Positions 37,120 through 44,841 of a stretch of DNA of 64,000 nucleotides are shown one piece after another (position 1 is the stretch's first letter; each line of letters begins with the position of its first letter). The notes under the pieces are model-generated. The model worked only from the letters and a program-made list of their open reading frames with translations. It was not told the DNA's origin and ran no database searches. The stretch lies in contig PLYZ01000067.1 of assembly GCA_003151935.1 (NCBI GenBank), positions 33,784 through 97,783 on the forward strand. The letters run 5' to 3'. Source of the stretch: Candidatus Dormiibacterota bacterium (GTDB taxonomy: Bacteria; Chloroflexota; Dormibacteria; Dormibacterales; Dormibacteraceae). The position numbers were made by a program, and so were the translations under genes.

Positions 37120-38151
37120 CTAGGCCGCGGTCCAGTCGAGCACGACCTTGCCGCAGCGGCCGGAGTGGGCGACGGTGAAGGCCTCCTCGAACTGGTGATA
37201 CGGGAAGCGATGAGTGATGACCGGCGAGATGTCGAGGCCGGTCTGGGTGAAGACCGACATCTGGTACCACGTCTCGAAGATCTGACGGCCGTAGACACCT
37301 TTGACCGTAAGCATCTTGAAGACGACCTGAGACCAATCGATGGGAAACTCGTGGTCCGGCAACCCGAGCATGGCAACGCGTCCGCCGTGGGCCATGGTCG
37401 CGATCATGTCGCGCAGCGCGCTTGCCTGTCCCGACATCTCGAACCCGACGTCGAATCCCTCTTTCATGCCGAGCTCTTCCTGCACCTGCGCGAGGGTAGT
37501 CGTGCGAACGTCGACCGCACGCGTCACGCCGACCTTGCGCGCCAGCTCGAGCCGGTATTCGCTGACGTCGGTGATGACGACGAAACGCGCGCCGTTGTGG
37601 CGCGCAACCATGGCCGCCATGATCCCGATCGGGCCCGCGCCAGTGACCAGCACGTCCTCGGCGACGACGCGGAACTGGGTTGCCGTGTGGACGGCGTTGC
37701 CGAACGGGTCGAAGATGGCAGCGACGTCGAGGTCGATCTTGGTCAGGTGCGGCCAGAGGTTGATGGCCGGCATGACTATGAGCTCGGCGAACGCGCCGTC
37801 ACGCTGAACGCCGATACCGACAGTGTTCGCGCAAAGGGCGCGGCGTCCGGCCAGGCAGTTGCGGCAGCGCCCGCACACGATGTGCCCCTCGGCTCCGACG
37901 ATCTCGCCCGGATAGACGGACGCGACGCCCTCTCCCAATTGCAGCACCTCGCCGACGAACTCGTGTCCGATCACAAGCGGCGGTTGGATGGTCGCCCGCG
38001 CCCATTCGTTCCAGCTCTCGATGTGGAGGTCTGTGCCACAGATGCCCGTTCGCAGGACGCGAATCAACACCTCACCGGGGCCGGGGGTCGGATCCGGGAC
38101 CTCCTGCAGCCACAGGCCCGGCGCCGCCTTCGCTTTGACCAGCGCCTTCAC
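37120..38151 (-). CDS. tdh: L-threonine 3-dehydrogenase
   Basis: [21 protein letters not shown]...ICGTDLHI...GHEFVGEV... is the Zn-ADH/Tdh pattern. GTG 38151 matches the usual MKAL... N-terminus; GTG 38199 is the alternative. Confidence 0.9.
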   Translation of the reverse strand: MKALVKAKAAPGLWLQEVPDPTPGPGEVLIRVLRTGICGTDLHIESWNEWARATIQPPLVIGHEFVGEVLQLGEGVASVYPGEIVGAEGHIVCGRCRNCLAGRRALCANTVGIGVQRDGAFAELIVMPAINLWPHLTKIDLDVAAIFDPFGNAVHTATQFRVVAEDVLVTGAGPIGIMAAMVARHNGARFVVITDVSEYRLELARKVGVTRAVDVRTTTLAQVQEELGMKEGFDVGFEMSGQASALRDMIATMAHGGRVAMLGLPDHEFPIDWSQVVFKMLTVKGVYGRQIFETWYQMSVFTQTGLDISPVITHRFPYHQFEEAFTVAHSGRCGKVVLDWTAA

Positions 38152-38281
38152 TCCCGGCAGGATAGCCCGGGTGCCGGGAGGAGATCGATGCCTCGTCACG
38201 TTCTGTGCGGCGCGCTGAGCATCAAAGCGGTGACCCGCATTTCAAGAGCCGCACCGGGCAGTTGGTTATGTTTCGCCTGGC

Positions 38282-39475
38282 ATGAAGCTGCGGATCGGGA
38301 TCGTCCTGCTGCTGGTCGTCCTCGGCCTGGGGACCTGGAACTATCTCCGCCCGATTCCCGGAGTGGCGGCCACCGGCTCGCCTCCCGCCAGCGAGGTGAT
38401 CGCCGGCACGCCGCCCGCGATGCCCTGGCCGAGCCGTGGTTCGGCCGCCGTCGGCGTCCAGAACCTCGGGTTCATAGCGAGCTCGGGCAACGAGCAGGCC
38501 ATTCCGGCCGCCAGCGTCACCAAGGTCATGACCGCGTTGGTGATCCTCGAGGACAAGCCGCTGAAGACAGACGACCCCGGGCCCACGATCACTCTCACCG
38601 ACGTTGACGTCCAGGCGTACGTCGCGGACCTCGCAAACAAGGAGTCTGTGGCCGCGGTGCAGGCCGGCGAGCAGATCACGGAGCTCCAGGCCCTCCAGGG
38701 CATGTTGATCCCGTCCGCGAACAACCTCGCAGAGACGCTTGCCCGCTGGGATGCCGGTTCGATCGATTCATTCGTCGCCAAGATGAACGCCCGCGCCGTG
38801 GCCTTGCACCTTACCCACACCAGGTTTGCGGACACGAGCGGAGCCAATCCAGGCAGCGTCAGCACGCCGACCGATCTCATATCGCTCGGCATGGCGGCGA
38901 TGCAGCAAGAGGTGTTCGCCCAGGTGGTCGGGATGGGCTCGGCCGTGATTCCAGTAGCGGGCACCGTCTACAACGTCGACGGCGTCCTCGGGCAGAGCGG
39001 GATCATCGGTATCAAGACCGGCTCCGGCCTGAATGCCGGAGCGAACTTTCTGTTTGCCGCGACCATATCCGTGGACGGAGTGCCGATCACGTTCTATGGA
39101 TGCGTGATGGGCCTGTCGACATTGGCCGACACGTTCGCGGCGGCCAAGACCTTGATCGGAGCGATGCAGGCGGCCCTGCACGTACGCCATGTCATCGCCC
39201 GCAATCAGACCATCGCCACCTACATCACTCCTTGGGGCGCGCAATCAGACCTGGTCTCGTCGGTCGACGTCAATCTGGTCGAGTGGCCCGGCATGGTGCT
39301 GAGGCAGCGTCTCGACACGCGGACGATCGTTGTCGACCAGCCGCTCGCGGCGGGCACGCAGGAGGGCACCGAGCACATGGTTCTGGGTGACTACAGCCTC
39401 GACATCCCGCTGGTCACGGCCGACCCGATGTATCCACCCGGCCGCTTCTGGCGGCTGACTCGCCTGAGCTTCTGA
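38282..39475 (+). CDS. D-alanyl-D-alanine carboxypeptidase (S11 penicillin-binding protein)
   Basis: SxxK (SVTK), SxN (SANN) and KTG (KTGSG) motifs, with an N-terminal hydrophobic signal/anchor. Confidence 0.85.
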   Translation: MKLRIGIVLLLVVLGLGTWNYLRPIPGVAATGSPPASEVIAGTPPAMPWPSRGSAAVGVQNLGFIASSGNEQAIPAASVTKVMTALVILEDKPLKTDDPGPTITLTDVDVQAYVADLANKESVAAVQAGEQITELQALQGMLIPSANNLAETLARWDAGSIDSFVAKMNARAVALHLTHTRFADTSGANPGSVSTPTDLISLGMAAMQQEVFAQVVGMGSAVIPVAGTVYNVDGVLGQSGIIGIKTGSGLNAGANFLFAATISVDGVPITFYGCVMGLSTLADTFAAAKTLIGAMQAALHVRHVIARNQTIATYITPWGAQSDLVSSVDVNLVEWPGMVLRQRLDTRTIVVDQPLAAGTQEGTEHMVLGDYSLDIPLVTADPMYPPGRFWRLTRLSF

Positions 39476-39524
39476 TCGCAGGTCGAGTCAGAATTGGCGA
39501 GCGATCTCCGAGGAGGTAACCGGT

Positions 39525-39938
39525 ATGCCAAAAGTAAAAGGGACGGGCACCAAGCAGTCACCGTGGCAGCTGACGACGCCGAGCGGATCGTCTGAATACC
39601 TGATGTACAGGGACGAATCGCTCGACCCGCCGGCGATCGTCTGCATGGTCGGCAAGACCGAGCTTCGATACGACGTCCGCGCGATCGAGGACCTCCACGC
39701 GATGCTCAAGAAGCAAGGCGACTGGGTGCCGCTCGGAAGCGCCGACGAGCAGAAGCCCGCGGCGGAGGGAACCGTCGAGGCATGGGGCAGGTCGCCGAAG
39801 AACCCGGTTGGCGGATGGTATGGGCTCAAGAAGGGACTGCGCGGCCGGTTCGGCATGTACATGCCGCCGCTGCTGGAGGCGCTGGACCTCGCCGAGGTCG
39901 AGCACAATCCAAAGAACAATCGCATGCGCGCGAAGTGA
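39525..39938 (+). CDS. Conserved hypothetical protein (DUF6855-like)
   Basis: 137-aa ORF with a strong SD (GAGGAGG). The sequence ...PWQLTTPSGSSEYLMYRDE...AIEDLHAMLKKQGDWVPLGSADE...GWYGLKKGLRGRFGMYMPPLLE... recalls a family I know only as uncharacterised. Confidence 0.6.
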   Translation: MPKVKGTGTKQSPWQLTTPSGSSEYLMYRDESLDPPAIVCMVGKTELRYDVRAIEDLHAMLKKQGDWVPLGSADEQKPAAEGTVEAWGRSPKNPVGGWYGLKKGLRGRFGMYMPPLLEALDLAEVEHNPKNNRMRAK

Positions 39939-40210
39939 TCAACCCGCTGCACGAAGCGCAGATCGAATACTGCGTCCCTTGAGACTATCTAGACCAGGCC
40001 GTGGGCCTGGCCAACGAGCTCCTGAGCCGCTGGGCCCCCGTAATGCGCGCGGTCGAGCTCTCGAGCGGCAGCAGCGGCCGATTCGAGGTCACCCTCGACG
40101 GCGAGCTCCTCTTCAGCAAGAAGGCGACCGGGCGGTTCCCGAAGCCGGGTGAAGTTGCCGGGCTCTTTGAGAAAAAGCTCGGCCCGGCCCTGGAGTGGAG
40201 ACAGCATTAG
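39935..40210 (+). CDS. SelW/Rdx-family protein with in-frame TGA (39980-39982) in the CxxU motif; candidate selenoprotein
   Basis: The track ORF 40001..40210 lacks the redox motif. The same frame upstream reads V-INPLHEAQIEYCVP-TGA-DYLDQAVGLANELL.... IEYC-x-x-U is the Rdx signature. GTG 39935 overlaps the upstream stop (GTGA). Confidence 0.75.
39994..40010 (+). promoter_or_regulatory. SECIS-like hairpin downstream of the SelW-like UGA
   Basis: CCAGGCC-GUG-GGCCUGG is a 7-bp perfect stem starting 11 nt after the UGA, with G and U in the apical loop. Confidence 0.6.
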
Positions 40211-40264
40211 GCTGCCGCTTCTGTAACAGTCCGCTCAGTTTCGACACCAGGCATCGATGACCGA

Positions 40265-40487
40265 TTGCGCAACCCTTGTCAGCTAGATCGCGCTCTTATC
40301 CTGGGCCACCGGCGGAGGATCGACCGGGAGATGGTGCGCGAAGCGGCCTGGCCCAAGGAGCAAGCACCGGCGATGTTCATCTGTGGGCCGACCGCATTCG
40401 CCGAGACTGCGGCCGATTTGCTAGTTGAAGCGGACTACGAGCCCGGCCTGGATCAAGACCGAGCGATTTGGCGCCACCGGAGGATGA
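40265..40487 (+). pseudogene. C-terminal remnant of an FNR-like FAD/NAD-binding oxidoreductase (N-terminal ~2/3 missing, 1-nt frameshift near the end)
   Basis: ...GHRRRIDREMVREAAWPKEQAPAMFICGPTAFAETAADLLVEADYEPG in one frame, then the canonical ending WIKTERFGATGG* in another frame (stop 40485-40487). Confidence 0.6.
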
Positions 40488-40671
40488 CGATGGAGATATC
40501 TGAGGCGACGTCAACCCGGTGGGACGGGTCCACGTTTACATCCAGGCGCCGGGCGTCGTCGTCCGCTGCCCCGACTGTGAGCAGGTCCTTATGCGCGTGG
40601 TGCAAGGGCGCGGTCGGTCCTGGGTCGACCTGCGCGGGATGCGCTGCCTGGAGTTCGCCGCTTCCCAGTAG
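40468..40671 (+). other. DUF6510-like zinc-ribbon ORF interrupted by in-frame TGA (40501-40503): pseudogene or fourth Sec candidate
   Basis: The frame reads ...EDDDGDI-TGA-GDVNPVGRVHVYIQAPGVVVRCPDCEQVLMRVVQGRGRSWVDLRGMRCLEF.... The TGA aligns with the second Cys of the family CxxCG motif as I remember it. The N-terminal part of the family is missing. Confidence 0.3.
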
Positions 40672-40802
40672 CGTGGCTACCCGAAGTAGCCTGGAAAAGT
40701 AATCAGGCGACCCGGATCCACCTTCCGACCGTTGTCCTAGTGCGCGTTCTGTAAGGAATCGGTAACTAAGTTTCGGTAAGCCTCTCGGGAAGGAGGGTCC
40801 CA

Positions 40803-41423
40803 GTGGTCGCACATCCGGTGCCTCGGATCAGGGGATGGTTGGATGCCGTGGTCGTCCTCGGCCACCTGGTCAAGGACCGGCAGGCGCTCGGCCACAATCG
40901 GCGCGTAGCGCACCTCTGCGTCCAGGTTGGACGCCAGATGGCGATGACGACGGCCGAGCTGCGAGTGCTCGCCCGAGCGGGTCTTCTGCACGACATCGGC
41001 AAGCTTGCGATCCCCGACCATATCCTCGAGAAGCATTCGCCACTGGACGAATCCGAGTGGCGGCTGATGAAGTCGCACCCCGAGATCGGCCTGTCACTCC
41101 TTGGCGACGGCCGGTCGCGGAGAGAGCTGATAGCGGTCCTCTACCACCACGAGCGGCTCGACGGCAGCGGCTACCCGTACGGGCTGGGCGGCGAAGCGAT
41201 CCCCATCGAGGCGCGGATCGTCGCGGCCGCAGACACCTACGACGCTTTGACATCGGACCGGCCCTACCGGACGGCCCGAGCCCCGCAGGAAGCGCGGCTC
41301 GTGATGATGGAAGAGGCTGGCCGGCGGCTCGACGCCAGGGTGGTGTCGGCCTTGCTCGCGGCCGTCGACTCCTATCCGGTCAGGCCGGCAGGTACCGCCC
41401 GGAGGATGTCGCTGGCCGGCTGA
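40803..41423 (+). CDS. Stand-alone HD-GYP domain protein (putative cyclic-di-nucleotide phosphodiesterase)
   Basis: GLLHDIGKLAIP, HPEIG, YHHERLDGSGYPYGL and AADTYDALTSDRPYR motifs. GTG 40803 is preceded by GGAAGGAGGG. Confidence 0.85.
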   Translation: MVAHPVPRIRGWLDAVVVLGHLVKDRQALGHNRRVAHLCVQVGRQMAMTTAELRVLARAGLLHDIGKLAIPDHILEKHSPLDESEWRLMKSHPEIGLSLLGDGRSRRELIAVLYHHERLDGSGYPYGLGGEAIPIEARIVAAADTYDALTSDRPYRTARAPQEARLVMMEEAGRRLDARVVSALLAAVDSYPVRPAGTARRMSLAG

Positions 41424-41472
41424 CCGGGCACACCGTCTTCGACCGCCAGCCACGATCGGTCACCATGATCAG

Positions 41473-42303
41473 GTGAAGTTCGGAATCGCGATCTTTCCGA
41501 CCGACTACGCGATCTCGATGGGAGAGCTTGCGCCCGCTGCCGAGCAGCTGGGATTCGAGTCGCTCTGGGTCGCCGAGCACTCCCACATCCCGACGAGCAG
41601 GACCTCTCCATGGGCCGGAGGCGGGGAGCTGCCCAAGCACTACTGGCACAGCATGGATCCGTTTGTCGCGCTGACCATCGCCGCCCTGGCGTCGAAGACG
41701 ATCCGGGTCGCGACCGGCATCTGCCTGCTCATCCAGCGCGACCCGATCCACACGGCCAAGGAGGTCGCCAGCGTCGACGTGATCTCGAACGGCAGGTTCA
41801 TCTTCGGCATCGGCGGGGGTTGGAACCGCGAGGAGATGGCCGACCACGGCACCGAGTTCAGCACGCGTTGGAAGCTGCTCCGCGAGAAGGTCGAGGCGAT
41901 CAAGGTCATCTGGACCCAGGACGAAGCCGAGTACCACGGCGACATGGTGGATTTCGGACCGATGTGGAGTTGGCCGAAACCCTTACAGAAGCCCCACCCG
42001 CCGATCATCCTGGGCGGCAGCGGGCCGAAGATCCTGGAGAGAGTGGTTCGCTACGCGGACGGCTGGATGCCGAATCGGGGTAATGTGATCGAGCGCATCC
42101 CCGAGCTTCAGGAAATGGCGCGAGCCGCGGGGCGGGGACCCATTCCCGTGACGTGTTACCCGAAGGCTGTCGCCGGCGAGATCGAGCGGCTCGCGAAGGC
42201 CGGCGTCGAGCGCTGCATCTACTACGTGCCGCCGGACGGGAGGGACCAGGCTCTGGCCAAGCTGGAGGAGCTGGGCCGGATGATCGAGCCCTACCGGGAC
42301 TAG
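41473..42303 (+). CDS. LLM-class (luciferase-like) F420-dependent oxidoreductase
   Basis: MKFGIAIFPTDY...LGFESLWVAEHSHIP...SNGRFIFGIGGGWNREE... is the pattern of the F420-dependent LLM subfamily. Confidence 0.8.
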   Translation: MKFGIAIFPTDYAISMGELAPAAEQLGFESLWVAEHSHIPTSRTSPWAGGGELPKHYWHSMDPFVALTIAALASKTIRVATGICLLIQRDPIHTAKEVASVDVISNGRFIFGIGGGWNREEMADHGTEFSTRWKLLREKVEAIKVIWTQDEAEYHGDMVDFGPMWSWPKPLQKPHPPIILGGSGPKILERVVRYADGWMPNRGNVIERIPELQEMARAAGRGPIPVTCYPKAVAGEIERLAKAGVERCIYYVPPDGRDQALAKLEELGRMIEPYRD

Positions 42304-42307
42304 CGCC

Positions 42308-43312
42308 TCAGCGCCCCTCGAGGAGCGTCGGCGGTATGCCGGCCCAGGTCCCGCCCTTGCGCCTGTATGCGATCCCCGACAGCATCTCCAGCACGACTCG
42401 GTTGGCGAGAAACGCCGTGATCTCGGCCGCGTCGTAAGGCGGCGACACCTCCACCACGTCGATGCCGACGACCGGCAGCTCGATGGCGATCCGCCGCACG
42501 GCGTCGAGGAGCTGGCGCCCCGTCAGTCCGCCAGGTTCTGGCGTGCCGGTTCCGGGCGCCATCCCAGGATCGACCACGTCGAGGTCGACCGACACGAAGA
42601 CTCCATCGCAGTCGTCGACCGCGATCGCGAACGCCTCCTCGAGCACCGCATCGAGGCCGCGCCGCACCACCTCGTGCATCTCGAACGACCGCATCTTCTG
42701 CTCGGCCATCCACTGTAGGGTCGGCGGTTCCGGCCAGTACCCACGCAGCCCGATCTGCAGAAATCGGTCGCCCCGGCACGCGCCGGACTCGATCAGCCGG
42801 CGCATCGGCAGCCCATGCCCGACGAGGCTGCCGAACTGGATCGTCCCGGTGTCGGCGTGGGCGTCGAAGTGGATGACCGAGACGCGGCCCCAACCCTTGA
42901 CCCGGGCCACGCCGGTCACGTCGGGCCAGGTGATGGTGTGATCGCCGCCCAGGATGATCGGGATGGCGCCCGCTTCGGTGGCCGTGCGGACCGCGCTTTC
43001 GAGCGCATCGAGCGGCACCCGCTGCTCGACACCCGCCATCTCGATGTCGCCCGCGTCCACCACGCGCAGCTCCCGGAGCGGGTCGACCCGTAGCGCAAGG
43101 TGCGGGCGCGACGCGTCGTGGGGCAGGTAATCGGTGATCCTGATCATCTTCGGCCCGAAGCGAGCGCCTGCCCGGTACGAGGTGCCGGCGTCGTAGGGCG
43201 CGCCGATGATCACGACGTCCGCGCCCTCGAGCGTCGAGGGCTGCGAGAGGTCGCAGCGGGCAACGCCGAGAAATGTCACGTCAGGGCCGTACATGCCTCC
43301 CAGACGTGACAT
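42308..43312 (-). CDS. Ureohydrolase (agmatinase/guanidino-acid hydrolase family)
   Basis: GGDHTITWP, HFDAHADT and SVDLDVVDPGMAPGTGTPEPGG are arginase-fold metal-binding motifs. Confidence 0.85.
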   Translation of the reverse strand: MSRLGGMYGPDVTFLGVARCDLSQPSTLEGADVVIIGAPYDAGTSYRAGARFGPKMIRITDYLPHDASRPHLALRVDPLRELRVVDAGDIEMAGVEQRVPLDALESAVRTATEAGAIPIILGGDHTITWPDVTGVARVKGWGRVSVIHFDAHADTGTIQFGSLVGHGLPMRRLIESGACRGDRFLQIGLRGYWPEPPTLQWMAEQKMRSFEMHEVVRRGLDAVLEEAFAIAVDDCDGVFVSVDLDVVDPGMAPGTGTPEPGGLTGRQLLDAVRRIAIELPVVGIDVVEVSPPYDAAEITAFLANRVVLEMLSGIAYRRKGGTWAGIPPTLLEGR

Positions 43313-43324
43313 CGAACTATTCGA

Positions 43325-44698
43325 TCAGGACCGCAGGTCTTTAGCCATCTCGGCGAAGTTGTCCACGTAATGCTGGACGTCTTCGACCGAGTGCTGCACC
43401 GACAGGGTCCAGTTCTCCTCCGCCCCGGGCGCCATGATCACGCCCCGGTTGCACTGGTAGAGCCAGCTCAGGTACGCCAGCGCCTTGTCCGTCTCGAGAT
43501 AGTCGCGGTAGTTGCGCACCCGACTGGCGCGGTAGGTGACTCCACCGCGCGCCGACAGCGTGATCACGTGACATGGCAGCTCGTGTTCGGCGATGGTCTC
43601 GTCGAGACCACCTTGCAGCGTCTCGGCGAGCGCATCGAAGTGCGAGTACGCCGACGCGTTCAGGATCTCCAGGAGCGTGACCTTGGAAGCGGCCATCGTC
43701 AGCGGGTTGCCGTTGAACGTGCCCATCTGTGCGACGCGCTTCGACTCGATCACCCCCATCACGTCGTCGCGTCCGCCGACCGCGCCGCACGGCAGCCCGC
43801 CGCCGATGGCCTTGGCCAGCGCGACCAGGTCAGGGGTCACGCCGAACCGCTCGGTCGCGCCTCCGGGCGAGATGGTGACGCCGGTCTTCACCTCGTCGAA
43901 GATCAATAGCGCACCGTGGCTGTGCGCCATCTCCTTGATCGCTGCCAGGTAGCCGGCATCCGGGAGCACGATGCCGAGGTTCATCATCGCCGGCTCGACG
44001 ATGATCGCAGCGACCTCGCCGCGGTGGTGCGCAAGCGTCTTCTCGAGCGCCGGCAGGTTATTGAACGGCACCACGGTCGTGAGCTCGACGATGGCGGCCG
44101 GTATGCCCTCGCTCTGCGGCACCGATGCGGGAGCATCTGCAGCGCCCATCAGGTCTGGTGGTGGCTCAACCGAGACCATGAGCGCGTCGTGGTGTCCGTG
44201 GTACGAGGCCTCGATCTTGATCAGCCGCTCCCGGCCGGTGAAGCCGCGGGCGATCCGGACCGCGTCGAGGGTGGATTCGGTCCCGGAGTTGGTGAAGCGC
44301 CACTTCGGCTGCAAAAATCGCCGCGCCAGCTCGCGCGCCACGATCACGCCGTCTTCCACCGGTTGCGCAAAGTGCGAACCGAGGCCGATCTGCCGGCTCA
44401 CCGCCTCGACGATCTTAGGGTGGGCGTGCCCGACCACCATGACCCCGAACCCGTTGTGGAAGTCGACGTACTCGTTCCCATCCACGTCCCAGACCCGGCT
44501 GCCATGCCCCCGTTCCATGAAGACGGGCTGTGGGGCGGCGTCCTGGAAGGAGGAAGGCACGCCGCGGGGAAGTACTTCACGAGCTTCGGTCCAGAGCTTT
44601 TTGGAGCGCGGCCGGGCCCGGCGGAACTTCTCTTCTTCGCCCGCTATCAGCTCTGCGACGCGGCTCGTGGGTACTTCGCGGGTGGTCCTGGTCGCCAT
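43325..44698 (-). CDS. Class-III PLP-dependent aminotransferase (GSA-aminomutase-like)
   Basis: ...GSRVWDVDGNEYVDFHNGFGVMVVGHAHP...FTNSGTES...LIFDEVKTG... pattern. Confidence 0.85.
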   Translation of the reverse strand: MATRTTREVPTSRVAELIAGEEEKFRRARPRSKKLWTEAREVLPRGVPSSFQDAAPQPVFMERGHGSRVWDVDGNEYVDFHNGFGVMVVGHAHPKIVEAVSRQIGLGSHFAQPVEDGVIVARELARRFLQPKWRFTNSGTESTLDAVRIARGFTGRERLIKIEASYHGHHDALMVSVEPPPDLMGAADAPASVPQSEGIPAAIVELTTVVPFNNLPALEKTLAHHRGEVAAIIVEPAMMNLGIVLPDAGYLAAIKEMAHSHGALLIFDEVKTGVTISPGGATERFGVTPDLVALAKAIGGGLPCGAVGGRDDVMGVIESKRVAQMGTFNGNPLTMAASKVTLLEILNASAYSHFDALAETLQGGLDETIAEHELPCHVITLSARGGVTYRASRVRNYRDYLETDKALAYLSWLYQCNRGVIMAPGAEENWTLSVQHSVEDVQHYVDNFAEMAKDLRS

Positions 44699-44728
44699 AG
44701 GTTCGCCCCCTTAACTCAGGCGGTCGCC

Positions 44729-44757
44729 TTGACAGCGGTGCGCCTTCGATCTCTAAT
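44729..44757 (+). promoter_or_regulatory. Near-consensus sigma-70-type promoter (TTGACA-17 nt-TCTAAT) facing the APC permease gene
   Basis: Read directly: -35 at 44729-44734 and -10 at 44752-44757, with a 17-nt spacer. Confidence 0.4.
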
Positions 44758-44841
44758 TGTGCCGAATTTCAGTCCAGCGTCATAAAAAGGGGCCCCACGA
44801 GCTCCCCTGAGCTCGGGGGATTGAAACCGGGGAGGGTTTGG

